Assembly: GCA_052139835.1 (NCBI GenBank)
Contig: JBKQVT010000104.1
Coordinates: 323-64,322, forward strand
Source: Thermoguttaceae bacterium
GTDB taxonomy: Bacteria; Planctomycetota; Planctomycetia; Pirellulales; Thermoguttaceae
Length of the DNA: 64,000 nt
Direction: 5' to 3'
In this document: positions 35,721-45,841 of the stretch, in pieces
How positions within the stretch are numbered: the first letter of the stretch is position 1
Layout: every line of letters begins with the position of its first letter
Program-made: the position numbers and the translations under genes
Notes under the pieces: generated by a model
The model's input: only the letters and a program-made list of their open reading frames with translations
Database searches by the model: none
Told to the model about the DNA's origin: nothing

Positions 35721-36724
35721 ACGGCCGCGTGGTGCGGACGGGTCACTTCCTCAGCGGCATCGGCGTCCCCCAGCGGCGTTGGAGTGAAGCCGATCAGCAA
35801 GAACGCCAGGGTCAGCCACCCCAGGATGATCCGGCCGCTGCCCAGCGGCACATAATCGTTGGCCGTGGGTGGATGCCGCGGGCCCATCATCACCAGGAGA
35901 AAGATCAGCAACATCCAGCTTCGCATGTTGCGGAAGTCCAGGACCAGCATCACCGCAGCCGCCACCAATAAGACGGTCGCCACGGCGTGGGCCTTCCTTC
36001 GCAGGATGGCGTACAACACATGCCCGCCGTCGAGTTGCCCGATGGGGATCAGGTTCAAGGCGGTGACGAACAAGCCGACCCATCCGGCCGCAGCCAGCGG
36101 ATGCAGGACCAAAGAGTATCCATGTGGAATCGCCGCGTGCAGCCAGCGCGTCAACCACTGGAACAGCAACGGTTCGCCCAGCAGCCAGGGCTCGGCCTGG
36201 TGGACAATGACCACATGGGGAAATGCGACGGGTTGGGACATCCCCAGGATAACATCGGGAAACGCCCGCGACATGACGATCCCCACCACGCAACAGACGA
36301 CGGTGGGCACCAGCCCGGCCAACGGCCCGGTGATGCCGATGTCGAAGAGGGCCCGGCGATTGGTGATCCGGGAACTCATGCCGATCACGGCCCCGAAGGT
36401 GCCGAACGGTCCGATAGGCATGGGAATGAAGAACGGGTAGCTGGCGTGAACCCCATAGCGCCAGGCCTGCACGAAATGTCCCATCTCGTGACAGATCAAA
36501 ATGGTCATCAGGGCGGCGGAGAACTCCCAGCCGCCCACGTACCAGGTGCTCAGGCAGGTGGCGATGAAGAGGCCCAGCGGCAGCCAGAAACGACGGCGCC
36601 GCGGCGGCGGGCCGACCAACTCGGCCGTCAGATATTCCGGCACCAGTTCGGCGATCAGGATGCCCTGTTCCGGCCCCGCCCCTTCGTGGCGCAAGAGATT
36701 TTCACTATAATGATTGTCTTCCAT
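35642..36724 (-). CDS. site-2 protease (peptidase M50) family membrane metalloprotease
   Basis: HEMGHFVQAWRYG (HExxH) in a TM helix, multiple TM segments, LNLIPIGQLDGGHV (LDG motif). ATG 36724 has AGGAGG 5 nt upstream. Confidence 0.85.
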   Translation of the reverse strand: MEDNHYSENLLRHEGAGPEQGILIAELVPEYLTAELVGPPPRRRRFWLPLGLFIATCLSTWYVGGWEFSAALMTILICHEMGHFVQAWRYGVHASYPFFIPMPIGPFGTFGAVIGMSSRITNRRALFDIGITGPLAGLVPTVVCCVVGIVMSRAFPDVILGMSQPVAFPHVVIVHQAEPWLLGEPLLFQWLTRWLHAAIPHGYSLVLHPLAAAGWVGLFVTALNLIPIGQLDGGHVLYAILRRKAHAVATVLLVAAAVMLVLDFRNMRSWMLLIFLLVMMGPRHPPTANDYVPLGSGRIILGWLTLAFLLIGFTPTPLGDADAAEEVTRPHHAAVYRQSAATIWSTTAAGPSRSTFSTRS

Positions 36725-36792
36725 AAGCCTCCTGCATTGTAGCTCATAAAACGCCGACGGCAAGGAGCCGCCGCTTTTCCCCGAGATCGACC

Positions 36793-38259
36793 ATGCTGGA
36801 CCGCCTCTTCCGCTTGTCGGAAAACCATACCACGGTACGCGTCGAGCTGCTGGCCGGGTTGACCACCTTCCTCACCATGGCCTACATCATTTTTCTCCAG
36901 CCGGCCATCCTCAGCGGGCAACTGTTCCAGAAGACAATGGGGAAGGACTTTTCCACGCACATGGACTCCGGGGCCATCCTGACGGCCACCTGCCTGGCGG
37001 CCGCGCTGGCCACGGTGATCATGGGCCTCTACGGCCGCTACCCCATCGCGCAGGCCCCCGGCATGGGCGAGAACTTCTTCTTTGTCTTTTCGGCGATCCC
37101 GGCGGCGGCCGTCATGATCCACCAGCGCGTCGCGGCCGGCCTCATGCTGCCCGGCTCGACCACGCCTTGGCAGATCGCGCTGGGCGTGGTGTTCTGGTCG
37201 GGCGTCCTCTTCCTGCTGATCTCCATATTCGGCGTCCGCGAGGCCATTCTCAACGCCGTCAGCCCCAGCATGCGCGACGGCATCGCGGTCGGCATCGGGT
37301 TGTTCATCGCCTTCATCGGGCTGCAAGTGGTCCACCTGGTGGTGCCCGATCCCCACGTGCTGGTCACGCTCAACCATCACTTCGCCTCGCCCGACCTGAT
37401 CGTGTTCTTCTTCGGTCTGTTGCTGACCGCGGTGCTCTCGGCGCGGCGGGTCCGCGGCGCGATCCTCTGGGGGATCGGCGCGAGTACGCTGCTGGCCGTC
37501 GCCCTGAAGGCGATACTGCCGCACCTCGGCGCGGCGGTGGCCAAATCGAGCCTGGTGACGGACTCGATGCTGATGACGCAGTTCACCCTCGCCCATAGGG
37601 CGGTCGCGGCGCCGCCCTCGCTGGCCCCCACGCTGCTGAAGATGGACCTCCTCGGCGCGCTCGGCTGGCCCATGCTCCCCTTCATCCTGATCTTCCTCTT
37701 CATGGTGCTCTTCGACACGCTGGGGACTCTGATCGGCGTCTGCCAGCAGGCCGGCCTGATCCGCGACAACCGCCTGGAACGGGCCCGCCAGGCGCTGGTC
37801 TCCGACGCGGTAGGCACCGTGGCCGGCGCCGCCTTGGGCACCAGCACCGTGACCAGCTTCGTGGAGAGCGCGGCCGGGGTCGAGCACGGCGGCCGCACGG
37901 GGCTGACCGCGCTCTGCGTCGCCGCGCTGTTTCTCCTGGCCCTGTTTTTCAGCCCGCTCATCGCCATGGTCGGCAGCTATCCGCCCATCACGGCCCCGGC
38001 CCTGGTGATCGTCGGCTCGATGATGATGCGCAACGTCACGAAGGTCGATTGGGCCAACTACGCCGAGGCGATGCCCGCCTTCCTCATCATGATCGGCATT
38101 CCCCTGGCCTACTCGATCGCCGACGGCCTGGCCGTGGGCTTCATCGCCTATCCGATCATCAAGTTGTCTGCCGGCCAGGGCCGCGACGTCAAGTGGCTGA
38201 TGTACCTGATGGCAGCGGTCCTCCTGGCCTACTTCCTTTTCGTGCGGGTGGCCGTGTGA
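36793..38259 (+). CDS. NCS2/AzgA-family purine (adenine/guanine/hypoxanthine) permease
   Basis: MLDRLFRLSENHTTVRVELLAGLTTFLTMAYIIFLQPAIL is the hallmark AzgA/PbuG N-terminus. About 13 TM segments. Confidence 0.85.
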   Translation: MLDRLFRLSENHTTVRVELLAGLTTFLTMAYIIFLQPAILSGQLFQKTMGKDFSTHMDSGAILTATCLAAALATVIMGLYGRYPIAQAPGMGENFFFVFSAIPAAAVMIHQRVAAGLMLPGSTTPWQIALGVVFWSGVLFLLISIFGVREAILNAVSPSMRDGIAVGIGLFIAFIGLQVVHLVVPDPHVLVTLNHHFASPDLIVFFFGLLLTAVLSARRVRGAILWGIGASTLLAVALKAILPHLGAAVAKSSLVTDSMLMTQFTLAHRAVAAPPSLAPTLLKMDLLGALGWPMLPFILIFLFMVLFDTLGTLIGVCQQAGLIRDNRLERARQALVSDAVGTVAGAALGTSTVTSFVESAAGVEHGGRTGLTALCVAALFLLALFFSPLIAMVGSYPPITAPALVIVGSMMMRNVTKVDWANYAEAMPAFLIMIGIPLAYSIADGLAVGFIAYPIIKLSAGQGRDVKWLMYLMAAVLLAYFLFVRVAV

Positions 38260-38330
38260 CGACATTTCGCGGAAACGGGTAGTCGTCACACGCCGTGTGA
38301 CGACATATTGACGGCACACGGCGTGTGCCG
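38251..38330 (+). promoter_or_regulatory. cluster of mutually exclusive hairpins (terminator/attenuator-like) after the purine permease gene
   Basis: Direct repeat GCCGTGTGACGACAT at 38251-38265 and 38292-38306. Its complement GTCGTCACACG at 38283-38293 can pair with either copy. A further palindrome CGGCACAC-GGC-GTGTGCCG lies at 38312-38330. Confidence 0.45.
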
Positions 38331-38379
38331 CCTACTGGGGGCCCTTGCAAAGGCGGGGAAAAGCGGGGAAAATCAGCCT

Positions 38380-40827
38380 ATGCTCATCCCGCAATATTCA
38401 CTCCGCTGGCTGCTGGGCGCCACGACCGTCTGCGCGATGGCCTGCTCGGTTTTTGCCATGGCGCTGCGGGGCAGCCTGCTGGCGGCCGCGGTGTCGATGG
38501 CCATTGTGGCCCTGGTGGCGATCGAGCTGGTCCACGTCTTTTTGTTCCTGCTGGTTTGGCTGTTTTCGCTGGCGTTTTCGTCGCCCAAGTCCAAGCCGGC
38601 CGCGGGGGCCGAGCAAGCGATCCTGGTGGCCCTGGTCCTGGCCGTCTTATCGGCCGGAGGGGGCGCACCCATCGCGACGGCGCAGGCCGCCAGGACCGTC
38701 GCTACCGCCGGCGGAGCGGCCGCAGCCCGGCCCGGCGGGCCGGCGCTGCCGCTGATCGGCAACGGCCTGCGGATGGGCATCGATTTCGAGTCGACCGCGA
38801 CGAGGCCCGGTTATCAGCCGGTCCGCATTACGGTCCTTCCCACCGCCCCGGTCACGGCGGACAGGACGCTCTCGATCGAGATCCTGCGGGGCCGGCCGCC
38901 GACGGAGGGCTATGACCTGCGGGTCGTTCGGGACCTGGAGATCCCGGCCGGGTCCACTGGCCGGACGATGACGATTTCCGTTCCGGAGGTCGCCGGGAGC
39001 ACCCACTACCGAGTGAACGTCAGCGAAGACGGCACTCTGCTCGGGGCGTTGTCCGTGCCTTGGACGGCGCGCGACAGCGTGTGGATCGAGGCGCTTCCCG
39101 CAATGCTCTTCCTGGGAAAGAGCCCGCCGGACACCAGCGGGTTGGCCGCGGCGCTGCCCCACGCCAACCTCCGCTACTGGGCTACGGGGCGGTCGCGTTC
39201 GGGGTCTTCGTCCTCGCAACTAGCGGCGGCCGAGAGCTGGCCGATGGCAGACTTCTCCGACCAGTGGATCGACTACAGCGGCTTCGATATCGTCTGCCTG
39301 TCGCAGGAGCAGCTTGCGGCCTTGGGAGAATCGCGGCCGGCGGCGCTCCGCGCGCTGGCGGCCTGGACGGCGGCCGGCGGCAATCTCTGGGTTTATGGCG
39401 TCGGGGAGCAGTGGGAGCATTTGCCGGAACTGGAAAAGATCCTCGATCTCTTGAGCGATCGCGGGCCGACCGGGCCGGCGCCGCCGGGTTGGACGGCCCC
39501 GGAGAAGGGGCTCTACGGCCGCACTCCGGAAGCTGCGGAGACGAGTGAAGACGACGACGAGGGCAATCCAGTGATCTACCGCAACGGGCGTCGCGTCGCC
39601 GCGCGTCCGGCCAAGCGAAGTCCCGCTGGCCCGAAGACCCCGTTGCCAACGCCGCCCCAGCGCCCCTCTTTCGTTTTCCGCCCCATGCAGGCCGGACTTG
39701 TCGTGGCGCTGGCCTCCGAGCAGCCCTTTCCGGGGACCGCCGGCGATTGGCGCTGGGTCTTGGACTCGATGGGGGACAGCCGCTGGCATTGGTATGAGCG
39801 GCACGGGCTTTCGCTGAAAAGGGAAAATCCCGATTATTGGAACTTCCTCATTCCCGGCGTCGGCGTGGCGCCGGTTACGCAGTTCTGCGTGCTCATCACC
39901 GTGTTCGTGATCGGCATCGGGCCGGTGAACTATTGGCTGCTGCGCCGTCGGCGGCAATTGCACTTGCTGCTGCTGACGATTCCCGCCAGCGCGGCGGCGG
40001 TGACGCTCTTGCTGTTCGCCTATGCCTTGATGGCCGACGGCCTGGACGTGCGCGTTCGCGCGCGGAGCGTCACACAACTCGATCAACGCAGCGGCCGGGC
40101 GGTCTGTTGGACGCGGCTGTCGTACTTTGCCGGCCTGACGCCGCGCGGCGGGTTGCGCTTTCCCGCCGACACCCTGGTCCTGCCCTTGGAACAAATGCCC
40201 GGCGGCATCAGCCGCGAGCAGCCGTTGTTCCGCGAAGTGCTTTGGGATGAAGATCAGCGGTTTTCCTCCGGCTGGATTGCCGCGCGGACGCCGGCGCAGT
40301 TTCTCACCGTCCGCACGCGGATGTCCGGCATCGGCTTGGATTTGCTGGAGGCGCCGGGCAAGGAGAAGGCCCCTGCCGTGCGGAACCGCCTGCAAACGCC
40401 GATCCAGCAACTGCTGGTGCGGACCAAGGAAGGGAAATATTACCGCGCCGGTGCGATCGGGGTGGACGCCACAGCCGCGCTGGAGCCGATCTCCGCGCCG
40501 GCGGAGGCCGGCGTGCTGGAGATGATACAGCGCGACAAGCTCCTGGCGCCGCCCGGAGCGGAGCAGGTCGCCACGGGGGGAGGTTTCGGGCCCCGGCGCG
40601 GTCTTTTCGGGCGCATGACGTTCTATCCCGAATCGCTGCCGGACCCGGCCGTCGCGACCAGCCGGCTGGAGCAGATGCGGTCTTCCGGCGCGGGGCAGCC
40701 GGGCGATCCTTCCCTGGTTGTGCCGGGCAGTTACGTCGCGGTGGTCGAGCGCTCGCCGGAGGTCGTCCTCGGCGTGCCCTCGCCGCGCGAAGAGCCGTCG
40801 TCGCACGTGATTTTGGGGCAATGGTAG
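38380..40827 (+). CDS. large hypothetical membrane protein (815 aa) preceding an ABC transporter
   Basis: MLIPQYSLRWLLGATTVCAMACSVFAMAL anchor, 2-3 N-terminal helices, large soluble region, internal TM pair (VTQFCVLITVFVIGIGPVNYWLL / LLLLTIPASAAAVTLLLFAYALM). Stop overlaps the next gene's start. Confidence 0.6.
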   Translation: MLIPQYSLRWLLGATTVCAMACSVFAMALRGSLLAAAVSMAIVALVAIELVHVFLFLLVWLFSLAFSSPKSKPAAGAEQAILVALVLAVLSAGGGAPIATAQAARTVATAGGAAAARPGGPALPLIGNGLRMGIDFESTATRPGYQPVRITVLPTAPVTADRTLSIEILRGRPPTEGYDLRVVRDLEIPAGSTGRTMTISVPEVAGSTHYRVNVSEDGTLLGALSVPWTARDSVWIEALPAMLFLGKSPPDTSGLAAALPHANLRYWATGRSRSGSSSSQLAAAESWPMADFSDQWIDYSGFDIVCLSQEQLAALGESRPAALRALAAWTAAGGNLWVYGVGEQWEHLPELEKILDLLSDRGPTGPAPPGWTAPEKGLYGRTPEAAETSEDDDEGNPVIYRNGRRVAARPAKRSPAGPKTPLPTPPQRPSFVFRPMQAGLVVALASEQPFPGTAGDWRWVLDSMGDSRWHWYERHGLSLKRENPDYWNFLIPGVGVAPVTQFCVLITVFVIGIGPVNYWLLRRRRQLHLLLLTIPASAAAVTLLLFAYALMADGLDVRVRARSVTQLDQRSGRAVCWTRLSYFAGLTPRGGLRFPADTLVLPLEQMPGGISREQPLFREVLWDEDQRFSSGWIAARTPAQFLTVRTRMSGIGLDLLEAPGKEKAPAVRNRLQTPIQQLLVRTKEGKYYRAGAIGVDATAALEPISAPAEAGVLEMIQRDKLLAPPGAEQVATGGGFGPRRGLFGRMTFYPESLPDPAVATSRLEQMRSSGAGQPGDPSLVVPGSYVAVVERSPEVVLGVPSPREEPSSHVILGQW

Positions 40828-41786
40828 GTGACGCCGTCATGTCTGTTTCCCCCCCCATGATCGAGCTGCGAGACCTGCACCGGCATTTCGGCAGCACGCG
40901 GGCGGTCGACGGCGTCTCGTTCACGGTTCACCAGGGGCAGGTTTTCGGCTATATCGGCCCCAACGGCGCCGGCAAGACGACCAGCATGCGGGTGCTGGCC
41001 ACGCTGGACCTGCCCACCGCCGGCGACGCCCTCATCGACGGCTTCTCCGTGGTGGACGATCCGGACCGGGTCCGCCGCCGCCTCGGCTTCATGCCCGACT
41101 ACTTCACCACCTATGCCAACGCCAACGTCCGCGAATACCTGGACTTCTACGCGCGGGCGTACCAGCTTCGCGGCCGGAAGCGGATCGACGCCATCGACCG
41201 CGTGATGAGCTTCACCGGCCTGGACGTGCTGGCCGAGAAGCCCATCAACGGGCTCTCCAAAGGGATGAAGCAGCGGCTTTGCCTGGGCCGCGCGCTGGTG
41301 CACGATCCGCCGGTCATGGTCCTGGACGAGCCGGCGGCCGGCCTGGACCCGCGGGCCCGCATCGAACTCCGCGAGATGATCCGCACCCTGGCGGCGGCGG
41401 GCAAGACGATCCTCATCAGCTCACACATCCTCACCGAGCTGGCCGCCGTCTGCGACCTGGTGGGCATTCTCGAGCGCGGGCGGCTGCTGGCCGTGGGGAC
41501 CGTGGAAGAGATCCAGCGGCAGGGCCGGCAGCCGCACAATTGCGTGGAAGTCCGCCTCTTGGACGGCACCGCGGCGCTGGCCGAGTGGCTGGCCGCCCGG
41601 CCCGGCATCGAGCGCTTGCGGGCCAACGGCGAGGGCGTCACCTTCCTTCATGCCGGCGACGCCGAGGCCGAGGCCGCCCTGCTGCGGGCCATCGTCGAGG
41701 CCGGCTTCCGCGTCGTCGCCTTCGGCACGCAACGGCAGACGCTCGAAGACGTCTTCATGCAAATCACCCAGGGGGTGGTGCAATGA
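40821..41786 (+). CDS. ABC transporter ATP-binding protein (ABC-2/DrrA-like)
   Basis: Walker [10 protein letters not shown], signature LSKGMKQRL, Walker [14 protein letters not shown]-loop SSHIL. Start ATG 40821 (overlaps the upstream stop) or ATG 40839. Confidence 0.9.
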   Translation: MVGDAVMSVSPPMIELRDLHRHFGSTRAVDGVSFTVHQGQVFGYIGPNGAGKTTSMRVLATLDLPTAGDALIDGFSVVDDPDRVRRRLGFMPDYFTTYANANVREYLDFYARAYQLRGRKRIDAIDRVMSFTGLDVLAEKPINGLSKGMKQRLCLGRALVHDPPVMVLDEPAAGLDPRARIELREMIRTLAAAGKTILISSHILTELAAVCDLVGILERGRLLAVGTVEEIQRQGRQPHNCVEVRLLDGTAALAEWLAARPGIERLRANGEGVTFLHAGDAEAEAALLRAIVEAGFRVVAFGTQRQTLEDVFMQITQGVVQ

Positions 41787-43441
41787 GCCAACAGGCAGAG
41801 CCGATTCTGGCCACCCTGGTGGCGCCGGTTGCCACCGCGCGCCCCGCTTCGGCGATCGGCCGGCTGCTGAGGCGCGTCGGCGACCGGCTCAACCCCATCC
41901 TGGTGAAGGAAACCCGCCAGGCCCTGAAGAGCAAGCAGTTCACCATCACCTTCGGCCTGCTGCTGATCGCCGTCTGGGCATGGACGATCCTGGGCGTGGC
42001 CTTCATCGGGCCGGGCCTCTGGTACGGCGCCGAGGGGCGGAAGATGTTCTACGGCTACTACCTCGTGCTGGCGCTGCCGCTGCTGATCATCGTCCCCTTC
42101 GGCGCCCTGCGCTCGCTGGCCGGCGAGCACGAAGAGCACACCTACGACCTGCTCTCCATCACCACGCTGAGGCCGCGGCAGATCGTCGGCGGCAAGCTGG
42201 GCAGCTCGATCCTGCAGATGATGATCTACCTGTCGGCCATCTCGCCGTGCCTCGCCTTCACCTACATCCTCCGCGGCATCGACCTCCCCACGATCCTCGT
42301 CATCCTCTGCTCGACGACGTTTCTCTCCCTGGGGCTGGCGGTGGCCGGGCTGTTGGCCGGCACGCTCAGCACGGCCAAGCACTGGCAGGTGGTGTTGTCG
42401 GTGCTGGCGGTGCTGGGGCTGTTTTGGGTGTTCGTGCCGGCGTGCGAGCTTGCGGGTTTTGCGCTCGTCTGGGACATGCCCTTCTCCGATGCCCTGTTCT
42501 GGCAGATTTTCGCGGCGGTGCTGAGCATTGCGGCCAGCTACATGGTGCTGGTCTTCTTCGCCGCGGCCGCCCGCGTCAGCTTCCATAGCGAGAATCGGTC
42601 CACCCCGCTGCGGGTCGTCATGCTCTTGCAGCAGCTCCTGGTGGTCGGCTGGATGACCTTCGCGGCCTTCAGTAAGGCCGGGCCGGTGCTGCTGACGACC
42701 TGCATGTGCCTGCTGGGCCTGCACTGGTACGCGATGGGGGTCTTCATGACCGGCGAATCACCGGAGCTGTCGTCGCGGGTGAAACGCAAGCTGCCGCAGA
42801 GCCTGCTGGGCCGGGCGCTTTCCACCTGGTTCAACCCGGGGCCCGGCACTGGCTATCTCTTCGCCCTGGCCAACTGCGCGGCCATGTTCGCGCTGACCGT
42901 GGCCGGCGCGGCCGTGTTGGCCCATTTCAATTTGGCCCACGCCCCCAAGGGCGCCAAGCCGCTGTGGACGCTCGAGGAGGTGTCCAGGATCGCCTGGTTC
43001 GCCGTCGTGGCGCTGGCCTACCTCGCCCTCTACCTCGGCGCCGGACTGCTGGTGCTGCGCTGGCTGCGGAGGTTCGTTCAGCCGGGCGTGCTGCTGACCG
43101 GCATCGTCCACTTCCTCCTCTTCGTCTTGGGCGTGGTCGCCCCCTTCGTGATCGAGTTGATCCGCAGCCAGGGCGTGGGTGATTATTCCTTCCTGCAAAT
43201 CACCAACGCCTTCTGGACGCTCCGCGAGCTCGACAGGTACCTGGTCGCCAGCGACCGGGCGGCCATAGCGGCGGCCGTTTCGGCCCTGGCAATCATGGTC
43301 TTCCTGGCGAACCTGCCGGGCGTGGCCCGCGAGCTGCGACAGGTGCGGATCCAACGGCCGCGGCGGGTCGTCGAGGAAGACGCCGCGGCGGCCGCGCTGA
43401 AATCGCCCCCCAAACCCGTCCACACTAGCCCCTGGGATTGA
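41783..43441 (+). CDS. large polytopic membrane protein, putative ABC-2-type permease (552 aa)
   Basis: ATG 41783 overlaps the ATPase TGA (ATGA). About 12 hydrophobic helices. No family motif recognised by eye. Confidence 0.6.
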   Translation: MSQQAEPILATLVAPVATARPASAIGRLLRRVGDRLNPILVKETRQALKSKQFTITFGLLLIAVWAWTILGVAFIGPGLWYGAEGRKMFYGYYLVLALPLLIIVPFGALRSLAGEHEEHTYDLLSITTLRPRQIVGGKLGSSILQMMIYLSAISPCLAFTYILRGIDLPTILVILCSTTFLSLGLAVAGLLAGTLSTAKHWQVVLSVLAVLGLFWVFVPACELAGFALVWDMPFSDALFWQIFAAVLSIAASYMVLVFFAAAARVSFHSENRSTPLRVVMLLQQLLVVGWMTFAAFSKAGPVLLTTCMCLLGLHWYAMGVFMTGESPELSSRVKRKLPQSLLGRALSTWFNPGPGTGYLFALANCAAMFALTVAGAAVLAHFNLAHAPKGAKPLWTLEEVSRIAWFAVVALAYLALYLGAGLLVLRWLRRFVQPGVLLTGIVHFLLFVLGVVAPFVIELIRSQGVGDYSFLQITNAFWTLRELDRYLVASDRAAIAAAVSALAIMVFLANLPGVARELRQVRIQRPRRVVEEDAAAAALKSPPKPVHTSPWD

Positions 43442-43442
43442 T

Positions 43443-44309
43443 ATGTCTTCTCCTGCAACGGACTCCCCCACGATTGTCATTACCGGCGCCTCGACGGGAA
43501 TCGGCGAGGCCTGCGCCTTGGCGCTGGACGCCCGCGGCTGGCGCGTCTTCGCCGGCGTGCGCAGCCCCTCCGACGCCGAGCGGCTTCGCGGCCAGGCCTC
43601 GCCGCGGCTGGCCCCCGTGCAGTTGGACGTGACCGATGCGGCCTCCATTGCCCAGGCCGTCGGCCGCGTCGAGGAGGCCGTGGGCGAGGCCGGCCTGGCG
43701 GGCCTGGTCAATAACGCCGGGATCGTCGTGGCCGGGCCCCTGGAACTCCTCCCCATCGACATGGTGCGGAAGCAGTTCGAGGTCAACGTCATCGGCCAGA
43801 TCGCGGTCACGCAAGCCTTCCTGCCGCTGCTGCGGCGGGCCCGCGGGCGGATCGTAAACATGAGCTCGCTCAACGGTCGCATCGCCGCCCCCTACCTGGC
43901 CCCCTACGCGGCGTCGAAGCACGCCCTGGAGGCGATCAGCGACGCCCTGCGGAGCGAACTCCGCGCCTGGGGGATCGAGGTCTCGCTGGTCGAGCCGGGC
44001 AGCATCGCCACGCCGATCTGGGACAAGTCGTTCGCGGCCGCCGATCAACTGGAAGCCGAGACCGCTGCTGAGGGCTTGGCACTTTATGAGGCCGATCTGG
44101 CCGCGGTCCGCAAGGCGGGCCGGCTGCTGGCCGAGGGGGCCTTGCCGGTGGATCGCGTGGTCCGCGCGGTAATCCACGCCCTGACCGCCCGGCGGCCCAA
44201 GACCCGCTACCCGGTGGGCATGGAGACGTTCTTGCTCTTCCGTGCCGTCAAATGGGTGCCCGATCGCCTCTGGGACCGCTTCGTGCGGAACAGCATGGGG
44301 TTGCCTTGA
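43443..44309 (+). CDS. SDR-family oxidoreductase
   Basis: ITGASTGIGEACA (TGxxxGxG), NNAG, YAASKHALEA (YxxxK). Starts 1 nt after the permease stop. Confidence 0.9.
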   Translation: MSSPATDSPTIVITGASTGIGEACALALDARGWRVFAGVRSPSDAERLRGQASPRLAPVQLDVTDAASIAQAVGRVEEAVGEAGLAGLVNNAGIVVAGPLELLPIDMVRKQFEVNVIGQIAVTQAFLPLLRRARGRIVNMSSLNGRIAAPYLAPYAASKHALEAISDALRSELRAWGIEVSLVEPGSIATPIWDKSFAAADQLEAETAAEGLALYEADLAAVRKAGRLLAEGALPVDRVVRAVIHALTARRPKTRYPVGMETFLLFRAVKWVPDRLWDRFVRNSMGLP

Positions 44310-44319
44310 CGAGCCGGCC

Positions 44320-45657
44320 TCAGAGTCTCTTCAGCCGCTGGAAACGGGTCTTCAACGGCCCGCTCCGCGGATAGCGCGCCGCGTAGGTGTCGACCATCTC
44401 CTTCAGCCGCATGAAGATCCACGGCTGCGTGGGGTGCTGCCCGTTCTTGCTAAACACGATGTCGTCGGCGATGTAGACCCCGGCGTGCACCACCGTCTCG
44501 TCCGGCCTGGTCAGCAATACCAGGTCGCCCAACTGAGAGAGTTCATAGATCTCATAGTAGTCCCTCTTCAGCACCTCCCGCACGTAGCCGACGTCGTTGA
44601 AGCGGTCGTCCGGCGGGTCGTTGAAGAAGTTGAAGGCGGACCAGATGCAGTCCTGCTCGAAGGGCGTCGTGGCGCCGGACAGGAAGGGGTAGGTGTAGGC
44701 GCGATCGCGGGCGAAGGGGGGCAAGACCGTGATGATGCTCAGGCCGCCGCCGCGTTCCATACGCCGCACGGCCCGGAACAGCGACACCAGGTCGCGCCGC
44801 CGCCCGCCGACGCCCCAGTAAGCAGCCAGCTTATCGACGTCGCTGTCGGGGTCGATTCTCAGCCGCAGCAGGAAGGTCTCTCTCCTGTAGACCGCCTTCA
44901 TGAACCGCCGCCGTTCCGCGTCGTCGGGCAGAGCCCGCAACGCCGGCTCCATGTCGGCAAACACCACCGACTCCGGTCCTTGCGAGTACAACAGCCGATG
45001 GAAGAGCGCGATCGACGCCGCCGCCAGTCCGCTGCCCTTGAACTGCGCTTCCAGGTCCGCGGGCCGGAATTGGAGCGGATCGATCTGGTGGGCGTTGGGC
45101 GAAAACTCGACCAGCAGGAAGTAGATTTTGGCGCGTGCGGCGGGGCTCAGGCCCAGGATCAGCTCGTCGCCCGGCTCGACTGCTACGCCCTCCGGCAGCG
45201 TGCTCCAGGCGGCCTTGTGGAGTAGCACGTCGCGCTGTGCGGCGGTCAGTTCCTCGACCGTGCGGAGAAATTCGATCGCCTTTTGCTTGGTATAGCCTTG
45301 AAAGACCCAGCGGACCGGCGGGCCGTCGGGCGGCGGAATGGCCAGAAGCTCGTCGGGCGGGGCCAGCGTCAGGGGCACGGCGCGGAGTTGCCCCCATGGC
45401 CCCGGCTTGGCTGGAATCCCCTGCGGCGTCGCCGTGTCGGCGTCCGCGAGCGCCGGCAGGCCGCGGGCGTGCGACGGTCCGAACAGCAGAAAGGCGACGA
45501 TCGCCCAAGGGACCAGCCAGAGGACGGATAGCAACACGACGCGCCGCGATAGCCGCAGGCGGTCAAACGGCCGAGCACCCCTTCTCAACACGGTAGAATG
45601 CGACTCCTCGCTGACCAACCCCGGTTGCCCTTTGCAACGTCCCGGATGCAGCGGCAC
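44320..45657 (-). CDS. hypothetical membrane-anchored protein with possible NlpC/P60-like (papain-fold) C-terminal domain
   Basis: N-terminal TM VVLLSVLWLVPWAIVAFLLF. C-terminal EQDCIWSAFNFF ... GDLVLLTRPDETVVHAGVYIADDIVFSKNG resembles the Cys...His core of NlpC/P60. Confidence 0.5.
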   Translation of the reverse strand: MPLHPGRCKGQPGLVSEESHSTVLRRGARPFDRLRLSRRVVLLSVLWLVPWAIVAFLLFGPSHARGLPALADADTATPQGIPAKPGPWGQLRAVPLTLAPPDELLAIPPPDGPPVRWVFQGYTKQKAIEFLRTVEELTAAQRDVLLHKAAWSTLPEGVAVEPGDELILGLSPAARAKIYFLLVEFSPNAHQIDPLQFRPADLEAQFKGSGLAAASIALFHRLLYSQGPESVVFADMEPALRALPDDAERRRFMKAVYRRETFLLRLRIDPDSDVDKLAAYWGVGGRRRDLVSLFRAVRRMERGGGLSIITVLPPFARDRAYTYPFLSGATTPFEQDCIWSAFNFFNDPPDDRFNDVGYVREVLKRDYYEIYELSQLGDLVLLTRPDETVVHAGVYIADDIVFSKNGQHPTQPWIFMRLKEMVDTYAARYPRSGPLKTRFQRLKRL

Positions 45658-45841
45658 GACGGTCCGTCTCGACTGCGACTGCGTTGCCCGAGATCGCCCC
45701 AGAACATATACTATTCTACTACGGAGTGCCCCTGGGGGGATAGAGGCTGGGTGCGTCTCTGGCGAGCGGGTGGTTTCTGGGGGGCAATTTCCCCGCAGCC
45801 TTGCCCTGGGCGGGGGTTTCCTTTCCCCCGCCTGGTCCCCC

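Noticed and set aside
38255-38304. TGTGA…TCACA motifs as a CRP/FNR-type binding site
   Set aside because: The spacing is wrong: 26 nt for the TGTGA..TCACA pair, and the closer pair is in the inverted order TCACA-N5-TGTGA rather than TGTGA-N6-TCACA.
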